NCBI GenBank assembly: GCA_050012755.1
Contig: JBEKGO010000002.1
Span: 64,001-128,000 of the forward strand
Source of the DNA: Candidatus Bathyarchaeia archaeon
GTDB taxonomy: Archaea > Thermoproteota > Bathyarchaeia > Bathyarchaeales > Bathycorpusculaceae
Direction: 5' to 3'
DNA: 64,000 bases
The notes beneath the pieces are model-generated. The model made no database searches and was not told where the DNA came from. It worked only from the letters and a program-made list of their open reading frames with translations. A program made the position numbers and the translations under genes. Numbering within the stretch: the first letter of the stretch is position 1; every line of letters begins with the position of its first letter. Below are positions 18,535-27,745 of this stretch, piece after piece.

Positions 18535-18809
18535 GTAGTGTAAAAGGAATCATTGAATCATACTCAAACGACGCTTCGAGAGAAAAACTTGTTACCCTTG
18601 ATGTTCTGCTGAAGGCTGTCGATGCACGTGGCAAACAACCAATAGTCTTTTCCAAGTTCTCAAACAAAGCCTCCCTGAATGGTAAACATTTCTGTGTTGA
18701 TTGTGGTAAGCGTCTAAAAACTCACAGTGCAAAAAGGTGCGCCTCTTGTAATATGAGGCTAGTCGGCAAAAACCATGTGATAACGCGGAAACTAAAGGGG
18801 AAGGCCTAG
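18522..18809 (+). CDS. Zinc-finger protein
   Basis: CVDC...CASC. Confidence 0.6.
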   Translation: MASLSSVKGIIESYSNDASREKLVTLDVLLKAVDARGKQPIVFSKFSNKASLNGKHFCVDCGKRLKTHSAKRCASCNMRLVGKNHVITRKLKGKA

Positions 18810-18811
18810 CA

Positions 18812-18928
18812 TTGAAGACGAAATTAACCTGTAACAAGTGCGCTACGCTTCAATGTTTTGTTAGAGAAAGCAAAGATGGTTGCCGAGATGACGAACTTGA
18901 AAAGCAGACGGAGATCAGCAAACATTGA
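18812..18928 (+). CDS. 38-aa Cys-rich microprotein (absent from the ORF track)
   Basis: MKTKLTCNKCATLQCFVRESKDGCRDDELEKQTEISKH; its TGA overlaps the helicase TTG. Confidence 0.5.
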   Translation: MKTKLTCNKCATLQCFVRESKDGCRDDELEKQTEISKH

Positions 18929-20826
18929 CCGAGCAACCAAAACTCTATTGCCCTATCTGTAAAAAACCAACAAAAAAACTAGGTTCACCTGACAGTATAG
19001 GTCAACAATTTTACAAGTGCGAAAATGGGCATCAAACAACAAAAGAACCACTAACAGAACAAGGAATGAAAGTTGTTCTTGCTTTTGAGATTCAAGCCGA
19101 GCAAAACGGAGAAAAACATTACATTGACCCGTTAAACCCAATGGCTGCCTTTTGCAACGGAAAAGGAGTTTTCAAAACTGCCTTAGTTGCTCAGTACCTA
19201 AATTATAATTACCACTTCAAGATTGACCGATTAACCGAGATATTCTACTATGGAGACGAAACAACAAAAGTATGGAAAACAAAAGCTGAAATTTACGTCC
19301 AAGAAATCTTAAGCAAACTCTTGGGTGAAGAAAACACAAAAAGCCACTACACAAACATTCTACATGACCTCAAAGGATTAAGCTATGATGATGTTGTTTT
19401 TAGCAAAAAGGTAGCTGTAGAAAATGGGCTATTAGATGTTGAAACAGGGAAATTGACAGAACCAACGCTTGAGGAAATGGCTTATTATTCAATCCCTGTA
19501 AGATACGACCCAACAGCTAAGAAAACTGAGAATTGGCTAGAGTTTCTTAAACAAGTAACTAATCCTGAAGATGTACCATTACTGCAAGAATGGTTTGGTT
19601 TCTGTCTGCTACCTGATTACAAATTTCATAAGGTATTGTGGATTCACGGTGACGGACGAAACGGTAAAGGAGTTTTTGACCGAACAATCCAAGGTATAAT
19701 CGGAAAAAACAATGTTTCGGCTATTGGTCTAGAAGAATTAGACGGATCACATAGGTTTTCTTTATGCCATTTTTACGGTAAACTCTATAACACTTGCAGC
19801 GAACCAACCACAAACAAGATTTTCAGAACCGAAATATTCCAAAAGCTAACTGGAAGCGACACAATCAAAGCAGAACTCAAAGTTGCAAATAACCGAATAG
19901 AGTTTGTCAACTGTGCCAAACTGACCATAATAGGAAACAAATTCCCAAAAATCGACAACCCAACAGTGGCCTTCAAAGACAGAATGATGTTTGTCAAATT
20001 TCCAAACTTCTTCAGCGATAAAGACAGAATCGCAAATTTAGAAAATGTCTGGTTGAACGACCCCGAGCAAAAAAGCGCTATTTTGAATTGGGCTCTGGAA
20101 GGATTACATAGACTAAATACTCAAAATAGCTTTACCCAAACAAAGACTCAAAAAGAAACAGAAATCGAATTCAATAGAGTCAGCAATCCTCCAGGCGCCT
20201 TTATCATGGAAATGGGGATTCTCTGCAAAACCTTGGTCACAACACGAGCAGCAAATTTGACAACTTATCAAGAATACTGTGAGGATATCGGTGTCTTAGC
20301 CGATGCAAAAGCGCTCACTCAAGCAATGAACAGGCTATCGCCAAAAGTAAAAGAAGGCTGGATATACAAACCGAAAAAAGAAAGAGCATGGCTCGGTTTC
20401 GGATTAAGGAATATTGAACAACAAAACATAGAACAGATGGAACAGTTAGAACAGCAAAAAACCCTTAACGAAATTAACCAAACTGAAAAATCATATAATA
20501 GACAGGAAGAAACAGGTGTTCCAAGTGTACCAAGTGTTCCAATTTCAAACCCTTCAGAGCATCAATTAATAGTAGAGCAAGAGCCTTCAGGTCTAAAACG
20601 GTTAGAAACTACCAAACCGAGATTTTACGTTAAAGAGATTCCAATCGGACCTAAGTGTGATTGTGGAAAACTGGCCGTAACCTTTGAGATTGTAACACCT
20701 GGGCATGATGTTTTGAAACGTTGCACTGATTGTTTGGAGAAACTGAAACAACAATTCCCTGGAGCTATTTTCTGTGCAGCTTATCCAGAAATGCCAAGTT
20801 TTGATGATAGCGAAGGAGGCGCCTAA
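18925..20826 (+). CDS. Phage/plasmid P4/D5-type SF3 helicase with N- and C-terminal zinc fingers and no primase domain
   Basis: D5_N-like ENGLLD; Walker A GDGRNGKG; FQKLTGSDTIKAE; IIGNKFP; CPIC..C..H and CDC...CTDC. Confidence 0.9.
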   Translation: MTEQPKLYCPICKKPTKKLGSPDSIGQQFYKCENGHQTTKEPLTEQGMKVVLAFEIQAEQNGEKHYIDPLNPMAAFCNGKGVFKTALVAQYLNYNYHFKIDRLTEIFYYGDETTKVWKTKAEIYVQEILSKLLGEENTKSHYTNILHDLKGLSYDDVVFSKKVAVENGLLDVETGKLTEPTLEEMAYYSIPVRYDPTAKKTENWLEFLKQVTNPEDVPLLQEWFGFCLLPDYKFHKVLWIHGDGRNGKGVFDRTIQGIIGKNNVSAIGLEELDGSHRFSLCHFYGKLYNTCSEPTTNKIFRTEIFQKLTGSDTIKAELKVANNRIEFVNCAKLTIIGNKFPKIDNPTVAFKDRMMFVKFPNFFSDKDRIANLENVWLNDPEQKSAILNWALEGLHRLNTQNSFTQTKTQKETEIEFNRVSNPPGAFIMEMGILCKTLVTTRAANLTTYQEYCEDIGVLADAKALTQAMNRLSPKVKEGWIYKPKKERAWLGFGLRNIEQQNIEQMEQLEQQKTLNEINQTEKSYNRQEETGVPSVPSVPISNPSEHQLIVEQEPSGLKRLETTKPRFYVKEIPIGPKCDCGKLAVTFEIVTPGHDVLKRCTDCLEKLKQQFPGAIFCAAYPEMPSFDDSEGGA

Positions 20827-20827
20827 G

Positions 20828-20956
20828 TTGTGCGATTTGTTTTTTGCTCAACAAATTAGGGTAGAACGAACCCTCAAGGAGATTAAGACTTTCAATATTG
20901 AGGCGATTTTACTCTCTGAAGAATTGAAACGTTGCGAGGTCCAGCTCCATGATTAG
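20828..20956 (+). CDS. Small hypothetical protein
   Basis: GGAGG SD before TTG at 20828; coupled to the next ORF. Confidence 0.4.
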   Translation: MCDLFFAQQIRVERTLKEIKTFNIEAILLSEELKRCEVQLHD

Positions 20957-21137
20957 AACCGTCAAAAATTACCCCTGTAAATTTGTAACCGAGTGTAGGT
21001 CTAAGGGTAAGTTTGACCCTGAAAAATTCAGTTGCAATCATGGTGGTGGAGTTTCATGTGTGACTTGGTGCCGTCTTACAGACCGAGAAATTACTTCTAA
21101 TCCAAAATTGCTTGAGAAGGTAGGCAATTATGAGTGA
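20949..21137 (+). CDS. Cys-rich small protein
   Basis: Five Cys plus His; overlaps both neighbours. Confidence 0.55.
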   Translation: MIRTVKNYPCKFVTECRSKGKFDPEKFSCNHGGGVSCVTWCRLTDREITSNPKLLEKVGNYE

Positions 21138-22308
21138 AGCCCAAACAAAAACAATCGTAAAATGCCCTGAATGTGGCAGCCAAAAAGCCTTCAAAGACGG
21201 AATAAGGAAACTTTCAAACAAGCAAGAAAAGCAGCGTTATGTTTGCCGTGACTGTGGGTATCGCTATACAAAGCATACTAGCTTAAATGTCAATGACAAC
21301 AATAACGGAACTAACCAAATAAGCGCAATATACCTAGGTAAGGCGAAAAATTTGGTTTCCGCACAGAAATTAAACATTTGTGCGAGAGATGAAAGACTAC
21401 CAGCAGAAGCAAAAGGCTTAGTGGCTCAGTTCTTGGCATACTTGGAAAAAGAAGGCTTTTGTAAAGAAACAGAATATCCGAATTTGATAAGGCGACTTGC
21501 AAAACTTGGAGCTAATCTACTAGAACCCGAAACAGTCAAAGAAGCTATAGGCAGAATGACGGTTAAAAACGGAATGAAACTTCAATATGTATGTGCATAC
21601 AGCGCTTTTGCAACCATGCTTAAGATTCAATGGGAACCACCAAAATATCAACAGGAAGAAATAATACCCTTCATACCTGACGAATCAGAACTTGATGCCT
21701 TAATCAGTGCAGCTAGAACCAAAAAAATGGCAGGATACCTACAAGCACTCAAAGAAACTTATGGCGATCCATCTGAAGTACTTAGAATCGAATGGATAGA
21801 TATTTCAGAAAAAGAGCAAACAATCAAAATCAATCACCCAGTAAAACACCATAATCCGAGAACCCTTCAAGTATCTAGCCGACTTCTTTCAATGCTTAGT
21901 TGTTTGCCACATGATAAACCAAGAGTATTTAGCGGAACTTATGACAGCATAAGCATAGCTTACTGTAGATTGAGAAAAAGACTAGCTGAAACACAACAAA
22001 ACCCCAGGTTACTTGCAATAGAATTTAGAACCTTTAGACACTGGGGAGGAACAATGATCGCCTTCCACACAAACGGAAACGTGCTAATCGTCAAGAAACT
22101 ACTCGGCCACAAAAGCGTCAACAACAGCATGAAGTACATCGGAATGATTAACTTCAAAGACGATCAGTTTGAAACCGCACACGCAACAACTCTAGAGGAA
22201 ATCGAGAAACTAAGGCAAGCAGGTTGGCTAAAATACGATGAAATAACAATCAACGGAATGCAAATACATTGTTACAGCAAACCTAAGAGGTTTTCAAGCT
22301 ATGTCTAA
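21130..22308 (+). CDS. Tyrosine recombinase/integrase with an N-terminal zinc ribbon
   Basis: CPEC...CRDC; TYGDPSE (box I), PVKH, RTFRH, LGH, MKY. Confidence 0.9.
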   Translation: MSEAQTKTIVKCPECGSQKAFKDGIRKLSNKQEKQRYVCRDCGYRYTKHTSLNVNDNNNGTNQISAIYLGKAKNLVSAQKLNICARDERLPAEAKGLVAQFLAYLEKEGFCKETEYPNLIRRLAKLGANLLEPETVKEAIGRMTVKNGMKLQYVCAYSAFATMLKIQWEPPKYQQEEIIPFIPDESELDALISAARTKKMAGYLQALKETYGDPSEVLRIEWIDISEKEQTIKINHPVKHHNPRTLQVSSRLLSMLSCLPHDKPRVFSGTYDSISIAYCRLRKRLAETQQNPRLLAIEFRTFRHWGGTMIAFHTNGNVLIVKKLLGHKSVNNSMKYIGMINFKDDQFETAHATTLEEIEKLRQAGWLKYDEITINGMQIHCYSKPKRFSSYV

Positions 22309-22348
22309 GCTGAAAAAAAGTGTTGGCAATACGAAAAATCATGGTACG

Positions 22349-22360
22349 ATAAAGATATAT
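22349..22360 (+). repeat. Candidate attR core ATAAAGATATAT
   Basis: Direct repeat of 6819-6830, 40 bp after the integrase stop. Confidence 0.45.
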
Positions 22361-22423
22361 CTCCCTCGGACGTTCTATGAACAATACCTTTAGTGCTATA
22401 AGACGAATATGTGGTGAAGGGTT

Positions 22424-23884
22424 ATGGCAGAAGTCGTCTTGACTGCTGATAGAACTTTAATGAGTAATTATCATAATAACGAATTCCTCGGGTTTGGTAC
22501 ATGTGCCCCTCCCAATTTTATTCCAGAATGGCTTTACAGCTATCTATTCTTTCCCCCATTAAGAACAAATAGTGGCCATCCCTATCAAGCACCCTATGGG
22601 TTAAGGAAAATTGAAGCTCAACTCCTGAAAGAAGGCTTCCACGTTGAAACGGTAAGCCCAAACCATTTAGGCAGACATCTCGCTAACGCAAAAGTTCTCG
22701 GCATACACACCATGGATCCATTTGGATTAGGTCCGGCTTCTACAACTCTTGCCTCCCTGTTCAAAAAAGAGCCCTACCTTGCGAAGCACTTTCACAGTCT
22801 ATTGAAAAGCTCAGCAATTAAAAAAGCGAAACAAAATGGCTTAAAAGTTATTGTTGGAGGACCTGGCGCATGGCAATTCCATTACAGAGAAAAAGCCGCC
22901 AAGGATTTGGGAATTGACTGCGTAGTTGAAGGAGAAGCAGAAAACATAATTGGGAAAGTATTCAAAGGTGCAATAGAAGGAGAGCCGATTTCAAGCCATT
23001 ATGAAGTTACAGTTGGGGAAACTCCCACCTTAGAAGAGATTCCCGATATTGTTCAGCCTTCGGTTAACGGTTTAGTCGAACTTGGCAGAGGCTGCTGCCG
23101 AGGCTGCCAATTTTGCAACGTTACACTAAGGCCTCTACGTTGGTACCCACTTGAAAAAATTAATCGCGAATTAAGCGTTAATATTGATTCAGGCAACACT
23201 GGCACATGTTTACATGCAGAAGACGTTATGCTATATGGTTCCAACAATACGATACCAAATGAAGAGAAACTTGTACAACTACATGAATTAGTAACAAAAA
23301 AGGTTACAGGACTAAGTTGGAGTCACTGTTCCGTTGCAGCTGTTGCGTCAAAGCCCAAGTTGCTATCGAAATTGTCAGAGCTTATCTTGCAGAATCAAAC
23401 GTGGTGGGGAGCAGAAGTCGGAATTGAAACTGGTTCTTCAGAGATAGCGAAGAAGATCATGCCTGCGAAGGCTCATCCATTCAGCGCCGATAATTGGCAC
23501 GATGTAGTCGTTGACGGCATGGGTGTAATGCACGATAACATGCTCGCTCCAGCTTGCACTTTGATTGTGGGATTACCTGAAGAACAGGAATCAGATATTA
23601 TGAAAACTATGGAGTTAGTTGATGATCTTAAAGACATGCGTAGCCTTATTGTGCCATTGTTTTTTGTTCCACTGGGCAAATTGAAAAATGAAGACTGGTT
23701 TAACGATACCCAACTTAGCGAAGTCCATAAACAACTTTTGTTTGCCTGCGCCGAACACGATTTCCACTGGGTCGACAATCTGCTTGACTTGTCTTTCTCA
23801 GGCAAATGGTACCAGCACATATCCAAAGAGTTCTACAAAGGCTTCTCAGCAATCGCAAAGCGCAAAGTACGTCAGATAGAATAG
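22424..23884 (+). CDS. B12-binding-domain radical SAM protein
   Basis: CCRGCQFC (CxxxCxxC), VGGPG, GEAE and GIETGS. Confidence 0.88.
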   Translation: MAEVVLTADRTLMSNYHNNEFLGFGTCAPPNFIPEWLYSYLFFPPLRTNSGHPYQAPYGLRKIEAQLLKEGFHVETVSPNHLGRHLANAKVLGIHTMDPFGLGPASTTLASLFKKEPYLAKHFHSLLKSSAIKKAKQNGLKVIVGGPGAWQFHYREKAAKDLGIDCVVEGEAENIIGKVFKGAIEGEPISSHYEVTVGETPTLEEIPDIVQPSVNGLVELGRGCCRGCQFCNVTLRPLRWYPLEKINRELSVNIDSGNTGTCLHAEDVMLYGSNNTIPNEEKLVQLHELVTKKVTGLSWSHCSVAAVASKPKLLSKLSELILQNQTWWGAEVGIETGSSEIAKKIMPAKAHPFSADNWHDVVVDGMGVMHDNMLAPACTLIVGLPEEQESDIMKTMELVDDLKDMRSLIVPLFFVPLGKLKNEDWFNDTQLSEVHKQLLFACAEHDFHWVDNLLDLSFSGKWYQHISKEFYKGFSAIAKRKVRQIE

Positions 23885-23901
23885 TTTTGTTTTAGAAGAC
23901 T

Positions 23902-23912
23902 AAACTTAAATA
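23902..23912 (+). promoter_or_regulatory. BRE/TATA promoter of tRNA-Asn
   Basis: AAACTTAAATA about 40 bp upstream of the mature tRNA. Confidence 0.5.
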
Positions 23913-23952
23913 CTATATTGGAACTGAAAAGGTGAAGTAAGCATTGTGATGT

Positions 23953-24029
23953 GCCGTCGTGGCTCAGCCCGGTAGAGCGGCTGGCTGTTAACCAGTCGGT
24001 CAAAGGTCCGAATCCTTTCGACGGCGCCA
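23953..24029 (+). tRNA. tRNA-Asn(GTT), intronless, CCA encoded
   Basis: Acceptor GCCGTCG/CGACGGC, D stem GCTC/GAGC, anticodon loop CT-GTT-AA, T stem AAAGG/CCTTT, G73-CCA. Confidence 0.96.
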
Positions 24030-24088
24030 CTTCTTCTCTTATTTAAGCGTTGAAATGGCCCTTATTCGAAATAGTTTCTCGTTGTTTT

Positions 24089-24787
24089 TTATAAGCCAGT
24101 TAAGAGTACGGCTACGATGCCGCTCAAAAACACGCCATCAAACGTGCCTGCTCCACCTATGCTGGCAACTGGTGCACCTAGCTTGGGTATCTTCCGAAGG
24201 TTGAGCAGGTCTGCTCCCAATAGAGTACCGAGGGTGCCTGCTACGTAGGCGATTGTTTTTGGTTGGGCTGGAAAGAGGATTAGTGCGGACACGGCGGCGG
24301 CTATTGGCGGGATAAATGCTGGAGTGGCTATTCCAACACCTTTGACTGGTCTAGCTACTGCGTGCGTTACTATTGCTACGGCTAAGACGCCGATGAAGCT
24401 TAGCATAATTGTTGAAACTGACGACCGACTAAGCAGGTAAATGCTAACAGCCGTTGGTATTAATGCGCCACCGACATTAACCGCAAGTAACGTTACAGTC
24501 TCGCTGTACTCCGCTTGCGGAATGCGATAGGTAAGACCAAACCAATTAACGTAATTATCCCGGATAACTGGTATTTTGGTTCTTAGCTTAAGCAGTGGAA
24601 CGTTTATGAAACTGCCAATTAAAGTGCTGATCAAGATTAAAAAAACCGTAAAAGGAGTAAAACCAACATTTTCGAAAGCTATGCTCACTGCGCCAATAAA
24701 GACCAATGCAACTACTGCAAACGCTAAGACAAGCAACAACGCGAAAAAAAGAAAACTATGCTGAAAGTAAATTGTTTTCCTACTCAT
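24089..24787 (-). CDS. DUF1614-family membrane protein
   Basis: GSFINVP, AVNVGGALIP, GADLLNL and SIGGAGTFDG. Confidence 0.85.
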   Translation of the reverse strand: MSRKTIYFQHSFLFFALLLVLAFAVVALVFIGAVSIAFENVGFTPFTVFLILISTLIGSFINVPLLKLRTKIPVIRDNYVNWFGLTYRIPQAEYSETVTLLAVNVGGALIPTAVSIYLLSRSSVSTIMLSFIGVLAVAIVTHAVARPVKGVGIATPAFIPPIAAAVSALILFPAQPKTIAYVAGTLGTLLGADLLNLRKIPKLGAPVASIGGAGTFDGVFLSGIVAVLLTGL

Positions 24788-24936
24788 ATTTTCACTCTTG
24801 TACCTGATTTTTCAAAAGTTAATACTAAGAAGGTTGACTTATTTGGATACCGCAAACAAAAAACATAATCCCTAATAAGAAAAACATCTTTTCAATACTA
24901 AAAAAATATTTAATATAATCTTTTTGGTTCAGCTGA

Positions 24937-26268
24937 CTAATGTTTTTTGAACTTTAGAAGCATAGCCACAACTGCAACAACAGTTAAGACGACTGCTGTA
25001 CAAGAGAAAACGTAAATTTCAAGCATTGTAAGGTTTTTTTGAGAGCCAGTTGCAGTTGCCGGTGCAGAAGTTATCGGAGTATCAATAAGTCTTGGATCAT
25101 TCCAATAGAAAATATTTTTGTACCCTAGTGATTCAACTGGGTAGGTTCCATTTGGGTAAACGATATCCAAGTTATAGCTGTATTCTTGCATGAGTGTTGA
25201 AACATTTCTACAAATAGAGTCGGTTAATGAATCCGGATCCCATAATCCCCAGATTCTATCGTTAGGACCACGGAACCCGTATGCATAATCGGCAGGAAGA
25301 ACGTATGCTGTTCTATCGCTTACGGGGCTGATGGTTTGAGGGTTGGCTTTAACATACTGCCAAAACTCTTTCATAGCATCAAGTTGCCCAGGGTATCCTG
25401 GTTGCCCTGGAGAGATGTGGAGAAGAACATTTTGAGTCCAGTTTTGGTCTCCATCAAACACAATGATATATTTTGCCCCGTTGTCGTAAGCCAATTTCAT
25501 GTCACTCAAAAGATCTGAACCTGACTCCATATATGGGGACGTATTGTACTTCCAAGTTATCATAACACCCCAATCCTTATTCTGAGAAGCAGCTGCACCT
25601 CTAACAAGATCAAGATTAAGCTGTTGACTGTAACTCATAGTAAACTCCGCAAAAACCGTATCATATCCTGCCGCATAATCATACCAATAAAGCGAATAGT
25701 CCGAGGTGAACAATTGAAATTCGTTCGGGTAGGCAAAATTTCGACTAATCCCATAAGTTTCATTACGCAGAAAGAAATTTAGTATCTGAACATACTTGGT
25801 TGCAGCATCATTAAAAGTGGCTCCAGACTGGGGAAGCGTCGCGTTTGTAACAAAAGGATAACTTGACTGGTCAAGTTGTTTTCCACCCACTTCATCCAAA
25901 TAATAAATTCCAAGAAATCTGTCGCCATAAGTGCTTTTGGCATCTGCAAGCCATTGACTTGATGGAAATCTTGGACTATCGGTGTAAACAATGAAACTTA
26001 AACCTTTATCGTAAACATATTGGCTGATAACGCTAAGTCTTGTTAGATTGTAGTTTCCATAACATCCAATTACGAAAAGATTGGTGTAAGAACTAACGTC
26101 ATCAATTAATTGTTCGGTTGCAGGAACGCTTTCAAAGGAAACATCAACTCCCAAGAATATGTTCGGCGAAGTACTTGCAGACCCCGCTTTGGCAATTGTG
26201 CCGTAATTTAAGAAAAAAGGTAAAATCAGCAAGAAAATGAGTAAAACTGTGAATAACTTGAACTTCAT
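24937..26268 (-). CDS. Secreted, membrane-anchored protein, possibly a glycoside hydrolase-like TIM barrel
   Basis: Signal peptide, FLGIYYLDEVGG, WGVMITW and a C-terminal TM. Confidence 0.6.
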   Translation of the reverse strand: MKFKLFTVLLIFLLILPFFLNYGTIAKAGSASTSPNIFLGVDVSFESVPATEQLIDDVSSYTNLFVIGCYGNYNLTRLSVISQYVYDKGLSFIVYTDSPRFPSSQWLADAKSTYGDRFLGIYYLDEVGGKQLDQSSYPFVTNATLPQSGATFNDAATKYVQILNFFLRNETYGISRNFAYPNEFQLFTSDYSLYWYDYAAGYDTVFAEFTMSYSQQLNLDLVRGAAASQNKDWGVMITWKYNTSPYMESGSDLLSDMKLAYDNGAKYIIVFDGDQNWTQNVLLHISPGQPGYPGQLDAMKEFWQYVKANPQTISPVSDRTAYVLPADYAYGFRGPNDRIWGLWDPDSLTDSICRNVSTLMQEYSYNLDIVYPNGTYPVESLGYKNIFYWNDPRLIDTPITSAPATATGSQKNLTMLEIYVFSCTAVVLTVVAVVAMLLKFKKH

Positions 26269-26464
26269 TTGATTTAATCACAATTCTATAACCCTAATAA
26301 GACTTTTCCAAAATCATTGCAAACGGACAAAACCTAGCCAGCATGACAAAGTAGAGGTTCACGACCAATTGTTTACCAGTTGGTTACCTTTCGATAAATA
26401 GTCAGCTACCCAATAAGCGTTGAAATAAAATCATTCTCCGAGATAATTTCTAAGTTTGAAAAAA

Positions 26465-27745
26465 CTAGGTTTTTCTTTCACTTATTTCACAATGTTGTTT
26501 TAAAAGCGCCACGGAATTAGCGGGTAAATCTCGCTCAACCATAAAGTTTGGTCCCACCCAACTATTGACACCTACCTTAACGCCAGGCAAAAACAACGAC
26601 TTAATCCCCGTTTTCACGTTATCACCTAACACTGCGCCAAGTTTTCTTCTACCTGTGTTAACCAACTGGTCTTTCACCACCATTTTGATTGATCCGGCGT
26701 CTAAACGGTAATTAGCCATAACTGTCCCTGCGCCTAAATTGCAGTGCTCACCAAGAATGCTGTCGCCAACATAAGATAAGTGTCCAACATGAGTCCTCTC
26801 CATAATTATGCTATTTTTGACTTCACAAGCGTTGCCGACACGAACATTTTTCCCTAAACTTGTTCCTGGACGAATGTAACAGTTTGGTCCTATGTCACAT
26901 TCTTCATCGATAAAGCAGGGTCCTTCAATATATGCGCCTGAACGAACACGCGCTGATTCTGCAACTGAGACTGGACCGATTAGGTGAGCACCTTGTTCAA
27001 TTGTCCCTAAAACTTGGAAATCCATGCGTCTGAGCGCCCAATTGTTAGCGTCAAGCAAATCCCAAGGTCTGCCTACGTCAAACCAGTCGTCTTTTGAGAG
27101 TTCGGCAGCTAAAACTGTTTTGTCCTCGCTTGCAAGCATTGTCAATGCGTCAGTGAGCTCCGTTTCACCACGGATTGAGTTTTTTGTTTGTTTTATTTGG
27201 CTAAAAATCTCTTGAGAGAGAATGTAGACTCCAGCGTTAGCTAAGTTTGAGGGCGCTTTTCCCGCGGCAGGTTTCTCAACTATGCGCTTAACCTTTTTCT
27301 TGTCGTTAAATTCAATTATGCCGTAGTTTTCAGGTTTATCGACAGGCACAACACCTACGACCGCAGAGGTTTTCCCCGGCTCATAGGACTGCAAAACTTT
27401 GTTAACAGTATCTGAACCAAACAATAAGTCACCATAGATGAGAACAAAATCGCCATCCACATAAGATTCGGATACTGCTGTGGCGTTCCCCGTACCCAGA
27501 ATCTTTTCCTGTTCAGCATAACTGATTTGTAAGCCAAGTGTTTCACCATCCCCGAAGCACTGGCGAATTGCATCACCCATGTAATGAGTAACAATTAATA
27601 CTTCTGTTAATCCAGCTTTCTTCACGGCTTCCAAGCAAAACTGCAAAATTGGTTTTCCACCGACCTTGATCAAATGTTTAGGCCGCGTTGCTGTTATCGG
27701 CAAGAGCCTGACGCCTTCGCCAGCCGCAAGTAAAACTGCTTTCAT
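26465..27745 (-). CDS. glmU: Bifunctional sugar-1-phosphate nucleotidyltransferase/acetyltransferase (archaeal GlmU-like)
   Basis: LAAGEGVRLLP..RPK, hexapeptide repeats and HLSYVGDS. Confidence 0.85.
   Translation of the reverse strand: MKAVLLAAGEGVRLLPITATRPKHLIKVGGKPILQFCLEAVKKAGLTEVLIVTHYMGDAIRQCFGDGETLGLQISYAEQEKILGTGNATAVSESYVDGDFVLIYGDLLFGSDTVNKVLQSYEPGKTSAVVGVVPVDKPENYGIIEFNDKKKVKRIVEKPAAGKAPSNLANAGVYILSQEIFSQIKQTKNSIRGETELTDALTMLASEDKTVLAAELSKDDWFDVGRPWDLLDANNWALRRMDFQVLGTIEQGAHLIGPVSVAESARVRSGAYIEGPCFIDEECDIGPNCYIRPGTSLGKNVRVGNACEVKNSIIMERTHVGHLSYVGDSILGEHCNLGAGTVMANYRLDAGSIKMVVKDQLVNTGRRKLGAVLGDNVKTGIKSLFLPGVKVGVNSWVGPNFMVERDLPANSVALLKQHCEISERKT

Larger units (their letters stand above)
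6819..22360. mobile_element. Integrated mobile element/genomic island (~15.5 kb, possibly two adjacent elements)
   Basis: Tyrosine recombinases at both ends, SF3 helicase, AbrB/RHH/wHTH regulators, ORFans, PIN and HEPN-like genes; housekeeping genes on both flanks; 12-bp direct repeat at the borders. Confidence 0.8.

Noticed and set aside
6741-22391. 10-bp inverted repeat AAAGGTATTG (6741) / CAATACCTTT (22382) flanking the island, as transposon ends
   Set aside because: Short and AT-rich, no DDE transposase present, and it lies outside the direct repeats; chance or host regulator sites are more likely.
22424-24029. tRNA-Asn as the integration target of the island
   Set aside because: It is separated from the integrase by an intact radical SAM gene, and no tRNA-derived repeat was found at the left end.
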